Below the pieces are notes generated by a model. The model did no database searches, was not told the DNA's origin, and was given only the letters and a program-made list of their open reading frames with translations. A DNA stretch of 63,567 nucleotides, filler included, from Octopus bimaculoides (Eukaryota), in assembly GCF_001194135.2 (NCBI RefSeq). It is 7 parts of 7 records of this genome, joined end to end, with 100 filler letters (N's around TTAATTAATTAA, not from the genome) between each part and the next. Parts side by side here need not be neighbours in the genome. Positions count along the whole stretch, not along the records: positions 1 to 31,378 come from NC_068982.1; 6 more parts are not named here. One strand, 5' to 3'. The stretch's first letter is position 1; the number at the start of each line of letters is the position of its first letter. The translations under genes and the position numbers were made by a program. This document shows positions 10,569-22,692 of the stretch, piece after piece.

Positions 10569-11821
10569 TTAGTTTGTCCTGGTAAGTTCTGAGCGTTTTT
10601 AAGCTAAATCTTTTAATGCTTCATTGAACACACCTGAAACGACACAGTTAAAACTTTGGTGTTGCTTGAAGTGGTAGTGCATCTCTTCTTTATTCCTGAC
10701 TAAAAATAGATTTATCTTTTACTCCGGTTACCATTTATTGACATTTGAAATGGATAACCAAAAATTTCATACTTGCATTGTAATGCTTTTCTTTTTAAAA
10801 AAAAAAAAAAAAAAAGGAGAAAATGCTGCAAAGACTTGCAAAAATATTTGTGAAGTGTATGGTGATGATGGTGTGGGCTAATCAACTGTTCGAAAGTGGT
10901 TTGCAAGATTTAAACCTGGAAAGTTTAACTTGGAAGATAACAGTTGCAGTGGAAGACCTTCAAAATTGGACGAAAATGTTTTGAAGGCAAAAATTGAAGA
11001 AAAACTCAAATATCAGGACTAGAGAACTTGCAGAGTAGTTGGACGTTTCTAAAAGTACAGCTCATGAACACCTAGGGAAGCTAGGATACATTTCTCATTA
11101 TACTGTATGGGTCCCTCACAAACTCTCAGAAAAGAATTGCTTGGACCGGTATTCCGTTTGTGATATGCATTTGAAACGGAATGAAAACATACATTTTTTT
11201 AAACAACTTGTGATTCGAAATGAAAAATGGATTTTGTATAAAAACGTAGTACACAAAAGATCCAGGAGTTGGCATAAGGATCCCCCAAAACAGCAACCAA
11301 TGACGAATATCTAGGCAAAAAATGCCGTGCTCTATGTTTGGTGAAATCACAAAGGCATTATTTATTATGAGCTCCTCTCACAAAACCAGACCAATAATTC
11401 TGATATGTACTGTCGTCAGCTGGCTAATTTGAACCAAAAAATCAAAGAATTGAGGCCGGAGACTGCCAACAGGAAAGGGGTAGTGTTCCAACAAGATAAT
11501 GCCCGACCACATGTATCTTTGGCTATCCAAGCAGAGTTACTTGAATTTGCACCATCCGACAACCACTTGTTTTTGTCTCTACAGAACTCATTGCAAGGAA
11601 AAACATTTAACGATTTAGATGGAGTCAAAATGTATCTAGATAACCTTTTTCTTCAAAACCAGTCAAATCTTATGCTGACGGAATATCTAAATTGCCTCAT
11701 AGATTGGTAAAGGTCATTAATGATAATGAAAATTACTACATTGAATAAAATTTGAAATGTCAAATTATTTATATCCCTTTTTTGCATATTAAAAACGCTG
11801 GGAACTTTCCGAACAACCTAA
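10569..11821 (+). mobile_element. Full-length mariner transposon with pseudogenised transposase
   Basis: Imperfect TIRs (ttagtttgtcctggtaagttctgagcgttttt / aaaaacgctgggaactttccgaacaacctaa) and TA flanks. Motifs seen: STVRKWFARFK, SGRP, WVPHKL, FQQDNARPH and APSDNHLF, with stops and frameshifts. Confidence 0.92.
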
Positions 11822-12533
11822 TATAAAAGATTCAAGGCTAAAACTCAAATTCATCGACAACATATAGAAGGGGCATAACTCAATACTGAAAGGCATTTTG
11901 CTTTGCGAAGTTGGACCAATTTCATGCTTACTTGTTAGGGGAAGCAATCACGAACTGAATTCCTTCCCTTGGATCATGTCAGTCATCTTCAATTTAATGC
12001 GAGTCTCGATGTGTTGATGATTTTATATGGACTAATACCGTTTCTATCTCGAATTCATTGTAATGTATATATTGTACACACACACACACACACACACAAA
12101 TCACATACATACACACACAATTTTATTGGCACTAATTGTGACGTCTCACTGAATGTATGCTTTAGTCAAACTAGACAGACAGATAGAGAAATACACGGGG
12201 AGAGAGAAAAAGAACTGGGGCCAACAAGGAAGCTTTTATATGTTCGGAGGACCTGTTCGAAATAGCAGTCAAGTCTTCCTCGCATCAAATCCTACCGTCT
12301 GAAAAGAAGAAGGGCGTATTGGATAATGCAGCACGTGACACACTGTCTCAAAACATGACGTGACTGTAATGGTCGAAATGTCTTTGCGCATACGTTCTCT
12401 TCCATTAGGGATTACTTAGAGGTTGAACAGTAGTAACAACAACAGTTCTGTATTTCTGTTTAAGACAGTAAATTTTCGGTGTATTGTTTAACATATAGAA
12501 TGCGTTGTTGAACACCTGCCCGGTTTAATACCT

Positions 12534-12764
12534 ATTTCTTTACTGCCCACAAGGGGCTACACAGAGAAGGGACAAACAAGGACAGACAAACGGATTAAGT
12601 CGATTATATTGACCCCAGTGCGTAACTGGTACTTAATTCATCGACCCCGAAAGGATGAAAAGCAAAGTCGACCTCGGCGGAATTTGAACTCAGAACGTAG
12701 CGGCAGACGAAATACCGTTAAGCATTTCGCCCGGCGTGCTAACGTTTCTGCCAGCTCGCCACCT
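12534..12764 (-). mobile_element. SINE family B, full length
   Basis: The reverse strand reads aggtggcgagctggcagaaacgttagcacgccgggcgaaatg...gtcgactttgcttttcatcctttcggggtcgatg...aaagaaata. Confidence 0.88.
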
Positions 12765-14156
12765 CCAGCATTAGGTTCAGTCTACCGCAAGCATTTCAAC
12801 CAGGCTACACGCATAGTCAGTCCTTTTTTCGACGATTGTTGTTTGTTTTTTTCTCTGGCATGTGTTGGGTTGTACATTTATCTATCGTATGATTTCTCAT
12901 CTTCTATGAAAACTATCTCCGAAATTGTAAACATATAACCGTCAAACTTTGTTCCATGATAAATATGCTACTTGGTTTTTAGTGGTGAAACGTGTTGTAT
13001 TGATTAATTTTCTTGGATAACAAATCTGAAACTCCGTTTGATTTCCACGGAATCGAAACGCTGATGCCCTTGGAGAAGACAATTTTCACGCCTCATTTTC
13101 AGAACAGATTCATTATTAAAATACCAAGAATTTCATTAAGAGAAAATAGAGTGTGTTTTATTCTAATTAATATTTATTATATCATTTCTATTTGATCGTT
13201 TCTTTAGCTCAGGTTTGCTAGAAAAATTATCAAATGATATAAATGTTTGGGGCTGTATAAACGAAAAAATATATCCTCAGTTACCAGACTAGAATTTGTT
13301 TGTTCGAAGTTAAGGCCTTCACTAATTAAGTTCTAATGGAGAAGGAAACGGCAATGAACATGCTGTATACAGTGCTCAGGTGCTCTGCATCTCATCAGAA
13401 AAAGTAGCCAAAAGTGTATGAACAGTACATAATGCGCAGAAAGTGAACAGTGAATGAGTCCTCAAACCAAATGGTTTTGCAGGGGAATATCAAGTGTACT
13501 GTTGGCGAATTTCGGGATGCATGGAAGTTTTGAAGGATGTAGTGTCCCAAACAACTGTTGCAGATAATTTAATTCATGCTTCAGCAATTCTGAGCGTGAA
13601 AAGACATTTCCGAAAGTCACGGGTGTTGTGTTGTTTTTTTATTTCGTTAGCATAGCCACGAGTGTTAGACAAAGGAATTAAAAGATTTCTAAATGTGTAA
13701 ATATTTCATAAGACTCCGGATGAGATTTTAAGGTCCAGCTCTTAGTTTTCATGTTATGGCGTGAAACCAGTAAGAGACAAATCTTCCGCTGGTTGTAATT
13801 ATATCTATTTCACGTAACATGGTCAAAATACCTCCTTTATATTCCCAACCGCTGTAGAATGTAGAAGAAAATAATTCTCTCGGAAATACATTAAAAAGCA
13901 TTCTACGAAATGGAGCTCATCACTACTAAACAGGTAATCTAACAGTTGATTCACTTGACCGTCTCACCTCTATAACAGACGAAGGAGGAAAATTAAATTT
14001 TCACTTTTAATTTCATTTTGAGGCAAATTAACCGGAGATTTTGCTCCCTAAGTCATTCACAGCCGATCGCGTTCGACAGCACAAAAATGCAATCATTGCA
14101 TATATATTGCTCACTTTCTACTTCTCTTTCTCTATCTCTATCTCTCTCTTTCTCTC

Positions 14157-14204
<48 letters not shown>

Positions 14205-14214
14205 NNNNNNNNNN

Positions 14215-14265
<51 letters not shown>

Positions 14266-14711
14266 AATAAGATGGAATAATTTGTCTCCTGTTATTGTAC
14301 GAGATTTAATCTTCATATTCTGTTTTCATGTGAAATATCCATAGCAAAATACTTTATTACTAATGGGCTACTTTGCTGCGGCTGTTGTCGTTGCTGCTGC
14401 TGCTGCTGCTGCTACCGTTCTTGATGTTATTGTTGTTGTCCCAGTCCTCTGTCATCTCATCTTCTTTCCAATCTGTCAGTATCCCGCATCCCAGCAAGAA
14501 GTGGTGTTATTAGAACTGAGGTAGATCATCTCTTTTGGCTGTGAACGTGGAGATATTACTATTCTATATTTTTGAGATGAGAAATTATTTACATGATTTA
14601 CAATGGACGGATATACTCTCCAGCTTTCATCAGGTGTTCTGGTGGAATTTCGAACCCAACCCTTCCACCAGAACACTGGAGAGGACATCAGCAGAAACGT
14701 TGTGATACCAA

Positions 14712-14966
14712 AGGCGGCGAGCTGGTAGAAACGTTAGCACACCGGGCGATAATGCTTAGCGGTATTTCGTCTACCGTTACGTTCTGAGTTCAAATTCCGC
14801 TGAGGTTGACTTTGCCTTTGCCTTTGCCTTTGCCTTTCATCCTTTTGGGGTCGATAAATTAAGTACCAGTTACGCACTGGGGTCGATGTAATCGGCTTAA
14901 CCCTTTGTCTGTCCTTATTTGTCTCTTCTATGTTTAGCCCCTTGTGGGCAGTAAAGAAATAAGAAA
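14712..14966 (+). mobile_element. SINE family B with 19-bp TSD and internal (CTTTGC)n expansion
   Basis: TSD agaaacgttgtgata[c/t]caa at 14693-14711 and 14962-14980. Confidence 0.9.
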
Positions 14967-15214
14967 CGTTGTGATATCAACAAACAAGATGAGGACACCT
15001 ATCCGTCCATTATAAATAATGTATATGGAGACATCTTTAGACAATCTTACGCCGAGATAACCATAGAAACAACTCGAACAATAAAATCAAGGCAGCTTTA
15101 TGTAGTCTCTCGACTGCGATAAATAACAGTCCAATCTCCTGCAAATTAATCCCTGCAGTTTTGAAATGAAAAGGAAAGACACGTAGTATAACGTAATAAT
15201 AACTATAACGGTTT

Positions 15215-15840
15215 CAATCTTTGGCGCAAGAACAACAGTTTTGAGAGAGGAACTAAGTCAATCACATTGACCACTGGTTGACTGGTACTTATTTTATCAA
15301 CCCCGAAAGGATGAAAAGTAAAATCAACCCTGGTGGAATTTGAACTCAGGATGTAAAGACGAACGTAGAGCCGCTAAGCATTTTGCCCGGTGTGCTAACG
15401 ATTTTGCCAGCTCGCCACCTTAATGTAATCCTCAATATTGAATCCAGATTTTGGCACAAGGCCAGCAATTTCGGGGAAGAGGAGATAAGTTGATTATATC
15501 GACCCAGTGTTTAACTGGTACTTATTTTGGATAGACGTCAGTGATTGGTTGAAATTACCGAAATACGATAATTTTAACTCGAAATAACTTTAAAAAGATA
15601 AAATTTTCTCAATAACACTAAGAGTAAAAGATGTTTTATATGACACATTCTACCAGTGTCCCAAGTTTGAAAGTGTTTCGTTAAGAAAACAAGTGGCGCC
15701 CGCCAAATCAGAAAGATCCCTTATTTTATCGACTTCGAAAGGATGAAAGGTAAAGGGGACCACGGTAGAACATCAAGACAGACGAAATACCGCCAAGCAT
15801 TTTGTCCGGCGCGCTAACGATTCTGCCAGCTCGCCGCCTT
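15215..15840 (-). mobile_element. Two older SINE family B copies with an alternative 3' tail; the second is interrupted
   Basis: ctggtacttattttatc..cccgaaaggatgaaa and gccagctcgcc motifs each occur twice. Confidence 0.75.
15529..15719. mobile_element. 191-bp MITE-like insertion inside a SINE
   Basis: It splits the SINE motif gtacttattttatcgac. The 8-bp TSD is CTTATTTT (15521-15528, 15720-15727) and the ends are GGAT...ATCC. Confidence 0.7.
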
Positions 15841-16421
15841 AATGTAATCCTAAAAAATATATTGCATTGTCTAAGAGAAGGACAGGATGGTCATGGCTGG
15901 AAGATCTTAGATCATAAGTGTGTATAGTCCAGGTCTGACTTGGGTCTAAACAACCACACAACGACTTAGTAATAAGATGAAAAGCTCCTATGTTGTCAAA
16001 CGGCGGTGGTGGTAGTGGCGGCGGAGGCGGCGATGATGATGATGATGATAATGATAGTGCTAGTGGTGGTGGTGGTGGTGGTAGTGGTGGTGGTGATGAC
16101 AGTGATGGTGATGGTTGTGATGGTGGCTACAACAATGACGACGGCGAACGACAATAAACTATGAATAAAGAAATAGTACAAAAACACACAACTAGATATA
16201 TAAAAGCAGGTTTCACTTAAAATTCATGGTTGAATGAGGGCCATTAGGCCCCACTCCAGCTGTAAAACATCTGTTGACATAGATCGTGCAGATCTGAGGA
16301 AAACATATGAAAGAATCGTGATAGTAATAAACGAAGAGATTAGTTGAACTGTCAATATTCAGAGAGATAATGGCTATCTTCGAAATGTCTCGTGGGAGAG
16401 GGGGGATTTATCTGAAATAGG

Positions 16422-16836
16422 CAGGGCCGGATTAAGTCCCATTGAGGCCCTAAGCACTTAAAGCATCTTGGTGCCTCCATATGTAATTCAAAATATAAAC
16501 AATAATAAAGTATAAAATAAATTTATATTTTTCAAAATGAAACAAAACTAACAATAAAATAGAAAATAATGTTTACTTTTGTATAATTTATATTTAAAAA
16601 GTTTTCTCCTACTTATCTTTTTTAATTGCAAAGTTTTCGTTCAGATCCTCATCTATGACACCATAAACACTTCGAAATTATATTTCCGATCATATGAACC
16701 AATTTGAATATCATTTTAACAAGTTTAATGTGATTTCTTTTGTACCGTAATTCATTTACCGTTTCTGCGTGCAGCCCTTCACTTGGTGTCCTAAGTACGT
16801 ACTTATTTTGCTTTATGGTTGGTTAATCCAATGCCG
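16422..16836. mobile_element. Possible hAT-like MITE
   Basis: Left end CAGGGCCGGATTAA, degenerate right end TTAATCCAATGCCG. The 8-bp flanks gaaatagg/gaaacaga match at 6/8. Confidence 0.45.
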
Positions 16837-16984
16837 GAAACAGAAGTATATCAATTGAAATCGATTAGTTATCATGTGAGACTGTTGTTTAATCCAAGAC
16901 AAACATTTTGCGAATTAAACCACAGGAGAACCTCCACATGGTTGCGCGACCTGTGAGACATAGCAGAAAAATCTCTCACAAATC

Positions 16985-17210
16985 AAGGCGGCGAGCTGGC
17001 AGAAACGTTAGCACGCCGGGCGAAATGCTTAGCGGTATTTCGCCTGCCGCTACGTTCTGAGTTCAAATTCCGCCGAGGTCGACTTTGCCTTTCATCCTTT
17101 CGGGGTCGATAAATTAAGTACCAGTTACGCACTGGGGTCGATGTAATCGACTTAATCCCTTGTTTGTCCCCTCTATGTTTAGCTCCTTGTGGGCAGTAAA
17201 GAAATAAGAA
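16985..17210 (+). mobile_element. SINE family B, full length, inserted into an older repeat
   Basis: 20-bp TSD agaaaaatctctcacaaatc / agaaaaatctccctcgaatc (17/20). Confidence 0.9.
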
Positions 17211-18124
17211 AAATCTCCCTCGAATCACACGATCCCGATTTTAAAAGAGGTTAGATGAAATATTAGATAATGTAGTCCTTGATAAACCCGATAAGAGACG
17301 AACGGCAGGGATCCTGATTTTCTTCCATCGGNNNNNNNNNNNNNNNNNNNNNNNNNNNNNNNNNNNNNNNNNNNNNNNNNNNNNNNNNNNNNNNNNNNNN
17401 NNNNNNNNNNNNNNNNNNNNNNNNNNNNNNNNNNNNNNNNNNNNNNNNNNNNNNNNNNNNNNNNNNNNNNNNNNNNNNNNNNNNNNNNNNNNNNNNNNNN
17501 NNNNNNNNNNNNNNNNNNNNNNNNNNNNNNNNNNNNNNNNNNNNNNNNNNNNNNNNNNNNNNNNNNNNNNNNNNNNNNNNNNNNNNNNNNNNNNNNNNNN
17601 NNNNNNNNNNNNNNNNNNNNNNNNNNNNNNNNNNNNNNNNNNNNNNNNNNNNNNNNNNNNNNNNNNNNNNNNNNNNNNNNNNNNNNNNNNNNNNNNNNNN
17701 NNNNNNNNNNNNNNNNNNNNNNNNNNNNNNNNNNNNNNNNNNNNNNNNNNNNNNNNNNNNNNNNNNNNNNNNNNNNNNNNNNNNNNNNNNNNNNNNNNNN
17801 NNNNNNNNNNNNNNNNNNNNNNNNNNNNNNNNNNNNNNNNNNNNNNNNNNNNNNNNNNNNNNNNNNNNNNNNNNNNNNNNNNNNNNNCGTTTATGCATCA
17901 CATATGGACTAATGGTGCATAAAAGCACTGATGTTTATATCGCTGACGGAGATAACAGTCCGCTGTGTCTCCGCTAGACAGAGCAGCTGGTTTCCCTGTC
18001 AGCGATATATAGCATGTCCATGTCTATTCTTGACGAAGAAAGGGTACAGACTGTCCGACATCCACACATACATGTATAGACGTACACACCAACATATATG
18101 CACATATATCCACTTATATACAGA

Positions 18125-18202
<78 letters not shown>

Positions 18203-18429
18203 AATACACAAACCAATGTGCACGTGCGTGTGTCTGTGTGTGTCTCTGTGTGTGTGTGTGAAACGAGGTAAAGCAGAAGAGAGAAAATAAGGAGAAGAGG
18301 TGAAAAAAAAAATTAGAGTGAAAATTAAAATTAAAATTACATAGGAGAGAGTATATAACACAACAGAAACATGTATATAGAAATGAATATTCATAGAATA
18401 ATGAAAGATACTCAAAGCATCCAGCACTA

Positions 18430-19585
18430 GAGTCAGACGACAAACCATTGTGCCCAGAGCTTCCCTGCTCAACCTGCTCAGAGTGCCAGAAAAGCAGATG
18501 AACCTGAAGTCCAGAGGGTTTTGAAAAGAAACCACGAGTGAATTTTGCGCTAGTTGCAGATCACAAAAGGTCTCAGCTGGATAAAGATCTGTACCTTATT
18601 TTGGATATTCTGGAAAGACATGCTGCAAGAAGATAAGAGACAATGGTGCAAGTTCTGTAATAGATATACAAAGATAGTTTTAGCACGAAGAAAGGTAAAT
18701 CCAGTAAGCCACATGGTCCCAGTAGCGAGCAGAATCAGATCATAGAACTTAGGAAAGAGCTAAAATAGCTAAAGAAAAAAAGAAATGAAAAGAAGCAGAC
18801 GATGTAGATAAAAGGAACCTTAAATCAGCTGAGATTTGGATTAGAGAAAATCCTGCTTCAGTTTTACAAGACAGAGACAATCTGTAAAAGGCACACAGAG
18901 AGAAGGAGAGAGAGAGAGGCACACATACACACACACACACACACACTCACACACACACACTCACACACGCATACACACGCACGCAGGGGCAAAAGCAGAG
19001 GAAGGACATTTATCAATAATCCCTCCCAAGTTTCACAGTTGATCTAGAAAAGCCAAAATGTAGGAAGTTGATACGTTCTAAGGAAGAAGTGGAGTGAAGT
19101 GTGACCAGAAGTGCACGGCGACACCACGGTAGATATTCAGCTGGGAAACTTCTTTTCTAAATGACAACGTTCAAGCGGCACACCACTTTTAACACAGCAG
19201 ACTTCACTATTGGCTAATTAAGAGCAGCATTGTTAAAGGCTCGAGCAGAATCTGCTTCAGGACAAGCTGACACCACATACAAGATCTACAAGAAAGTTTC
19301 ACTGCTACAAACTAGGCAAAACTTTTACAGACGAGATGGAGGGGAAAACAGGAATCCTAGATCTGGACATTTAATGAATGCTGTTTTATCCTGAAAGAAG
19401 AAAACGCAGCAGGCTGTGCGGTTTCGAGACATCTCTTTTTCTCTCTTAGATGTTAAGGGGAAGAACCTTTGGTCCACCATTGCCAAAAGATTAACAGAAT
19501 ATCTACTTGTCAACGAGTAAATTAATACAACTGTCCAAAAGAAGGAGTTCCAGGCCACTTTGGATGCCCTGAACATACATCAGCA
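18430..19585 (+). mobile_element. HERO-like (R2 superfamily) LINE fragment, pre-RT and RT N-terminus, decayed
   Basis: Piecewise translation across frameshifts: KPRVNF..QLDKDL; KARAESASG; LLDVKGKNLWSTIAKRLTEYLLVNE*INTTVQK..GVPGHFGCPEH. A microsatellite interrupts it at ~18895-18985. Confidence 0.75.
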
Positions 19586-19672
19586 ATCAACTAGAGTACA
19601 GAGGATCAGAGAGGTAACTGAGGATGGACGCTTTGTAAGACAAATATATGTTACAGATAATACAGAAATATA

Positions 19673-19890
19673 CGAGGGGGTGCTGAAAAGTTCCCTGGCT
19701 TTGAGTAAAAGAAAATACAGAAGAATCAGTTAATTATGGTTTTATTCAACATATTCCCCTCTCAGATTCACAGACCTATTGCAGTGGTCCTTCAGTTTTT
19801 CTGAGCCCTGTTAGGGGCTCGGGAGGTTAGGCTTCCAACCAGGCCTTTCGTGACACCCTTAAAGTGAGGAACTTTTCAGCACCCACACGT
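19673..19890 (-). mobile_element. Internally deleted mariner (MITE-sized)
   Basis: TIRs cgagggggtgctgaaaagttcc / ggaacttttcagcacccacacg. The reverse strand retains the transposase C-terminus ...NLRGEYVE*. Confidence 0.8.
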
Positions 19891-19920
19891 TTATGTATGT
19901 ATGGATATATATATATATAT

Positions 19921-19957
<37 letters not shown>

Positions 19958-20560
19958 NNNNNNNNNNNNNNNNNNNNNNNNNNNNNNNNNNNNNNNNNNN
20001 NNNNNNNNNNNNNNNNNNNNNNNNNNNNNNNNNNNNNNNNNNNNNNNNNNNNNNNNNNNNNNNNNNNNNNNNNNNNNNNNNNNNNNNNNNNNNNNNNNNN
20101 NNNNNNNNNNNNNNNNNNNNNNNNNNNNNNNNNNNNNNNNNNNNNNNNNNNNNNNNNNNNNNNNNNNNNNNNNNNNNNNNNNNNNNNNNNNNNNNNNNNN
20201 NNNNNNNNNNNNNNNNNNNNNNNNNNNNNNNNNNNNNNNNNNNNNNNNNNNNNNNNNNNNNNNNNNNNNNNNNNNNNNNNNNNNNNNNNNNNNNNNNNNN
20301 NNNNNNNNNNNNNNNNNNNNNNNNNNNNNNNNNNNNNNNNNNNNNNNNNNNNNNNNNNNNNNNNNNNNNNNNNNNNNNNNNNNNNNNNNNNNNNNNNNNN
20401 NNNNNNNNNNNNNNNNNNNNNNNNNNNNNNNNNNNNNNNNNNNNNNNNNNNNNNNNNNNNNNNNNNNNNNNNNNNNNNNNNNNNNNNNNNNNNNNNNNNN
20501 NNNNNNNNNNNNNNNNNNNNNNNNNNNNNNNNNNNNNNNNNNNNNNNNNNNNNNNNNNNN

Positions 20561-20730
20561 GTCCCCCCAACATCGCTTGACAACCGATGCTGGTGTGTTT
20601 ATGTCCCCGTAACTTAGCGGTTCGGCAAAAGAGACCGATAGAATAAGTACTAGGCTTCCAAAGAATAAGTCCTGGCGGTGCTCCAGCATGGCCACAGTCA
20701 AAAGACTGAAACAAGTAAAAGAGTAAAAGA
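20561..20730 (+). mobile_element. SINE family A, 3' half (5' half in gap)
   Basis: gtccccccaacatcgcttgacaaccgatgctggtg...gactgaaacaagtaaaagag. Confidence 0.85.
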
Positions 20731-20731
20731 G

Positions 20732-20762
<31 letters not shown>

Positions 20763-21640
20763 TACAAATAATATGTGAGTATATGCATATATACGTACAT
20801 GTATGTACATACCTACATCTACATGTATATATAGATGCATATCTGGGTACAGGACGTTGCAAAAAAAAACGTGTACAAAATTATAAACAGAGCACAGAAA
20901 ACACACATCACCTGCCACCATTCTAAAACTAAGCGTTTCGAAGAGTTAGGGCTGGACGCATTGTTAGATTGGCTCTTCCCACGGAGACAAATTAAATTTG
21001 TAACGTGGATGAATGTAGTGGCGGACAGAAAACAAGACAGGAAAACGAAACAGTGAAAATAAACAAGAAAGGCTAGTAGGGCCAGACGTGAAAAAAATAT
21101 GTGTCTACTGAACGCTGTGATGCGACTAACTGGAAGGAAGAGAGAAGAAGAAAGTTCGTGCGAGCTTGGCGATGGCCAAGATAAGAAAGGAAGAAGTATC
21201 CGGACATGTGACCAGTGAGGGGTAAGGAGAAAGAGTGGTGGAGGGAGAAAAAGGAGAGAAAGTAGAATATAGGTGAGCAACGAGAGACAGGGAGGACGAG
21301 AGAGAGACAGGGAGGACGAGAGAGATATGGTAGTGAAGGGGAGAGGCGAAGAACAAGAGAAGGAAGAACGAGAGGGGGAGAAAGATACAAACAGATAGAA
21401 TCGCGTCAGAAATATAAAGTTAAAACTTACTTGCAAAGATGACGCGTGCGTTCGATCATGTAATAATACAAATAATATGTGAGTATATGCATATATACGT
21501 ACATGTATGTACATACCTACATCTACATGTATATATATAGATGCATATCTGGGTACAGGACGTTGCAAAAAAACATGGACAAAATCATAAACAGAGCACA
21601 GAAAACACACAGGCCACATGGAGAACATTTCCTTCATATN
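20763..21640 (-). mobile_element. Dispersed repeat with 145-bp terminal direct repeats (possible Penelope-like pseudo-LTR element)
   Basis: 20763-20907 and 21467-21611 are near-identical. The same end motif (gatgcatatc.gggtacaggacgt) recurs at 28231 and 60317. Confidence 0.55.
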
Positions 21641-21709
21641 NNNNNNNNNNNNNNNNNNNNNNNNNNNNNNNNNNNNNNNNNNNNNNNNNNNNNNNNNNNN
21701 NNNNNNNNN

Positions 21710-21764
<55 letters not shown>

Positions 21765-21921
21765 ATTTAAATACACAACTGACAGAGCTACTAACAGTAT
21801 CATACTTTTATGATACTTGAACAGGCATGTTTATATAATACGCCATGTAACCATGTATCTTAAAGCAATCTTTCAGGCTTTACGTTCTGAGTCTGAAAGA
21901 TTGCTTTCAGGCTCAGAACGT

Positions 21922-22478
21922 TGGTTGCAGTCTGGGGAGTTAGGTGGTCACATGTTAGGGGTAATGTGGTCGCAGAAATTGTCTGACAGCTATAACTGGG
22001 TTCTTTTGCTTGTGTGGCATGGTGCAGAGTCCTGTTGCCAGACATAGGGTCTTCCAGTAGCCACCCTCTTGACTCAGAGCAGTACTACCTCTTCCAGGCA
22101 CTTGATGTAGACCTCTATGATGAGTCTGGGGTCGTGCAGGAAGATGAATGGAGGCATAACGTCGCCATCACTAGTGACCCCCTCCAAGCACCATGATATT
22201 GACTGCATGTTTGATTTTTATCACTCGGTACATGTCCTCAGATTGACACCCCCCAAACACTCTGAAATGTTCGTATTGGAGATTCCCGCGCAAATGTCAA
22301 GCAGTACAGCATGTGGTTTCCAAATTTCTGGCGAAGTGAATTGCGTCATGGTGCTGTTTTTCTTACAGACGGTGCCCAGCTGACCCTACTATACTGTGTA
22401 GTTGACAAAATCAAAAACAAACAGAGCGCATGCGCGAAATTAAGAATATAAAATGGCGACAATTTACCAATCGCACCA
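21922..22478 (-). mobile_element. Tc1/mariner (maT/DD37D-like) relic with internal deletion
   Basis: The reverse strand, read across frameshifts, gives MTQFTSPEIWKPHAVLL and then ..VTSDGDVMPPFIF..YIKCLEEVV..RPYVWQQDSAPCHTSKRTQ..PPNSPDCN. The terminus is followed by (TA)n. Confidence 0.85.
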
Positions 22479-22502
22479 TATATATATATATATATATATA
22501 TA

Positions 22503-22692
22503 AGTTCAAAAAAACAATAACAAAAAAACAACAAAGTGAGGACGTGATATGGATAGTGTTATTGGACACTCAGGAAAGGAAAGAAAGAGTGTATGACGTT
22601 TCGGGCGTAGCCCTTCGTCGGAAAGATGGAAAGTTCGGAGAATGGGAGAACGGAGAAAGAGGAAAATGGTACCGATGCCCACGAGGTTACAT
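22503..22692 (-). mobile_element. Short Penelope-type repeat with a degenerate minimal hammerhead core
   Basis: The reverse strand of 22594-22621 reads CCGACGAAGGGCTACGCCCGAAACGTCA. A related element lies at 28915-29150. It abuts (TA)n. Confidence 0.6.

Noticed and set aside
13375-13410. CTGATGAG on the - strand
   Set aside because: No downstream GAAA or closing stems.
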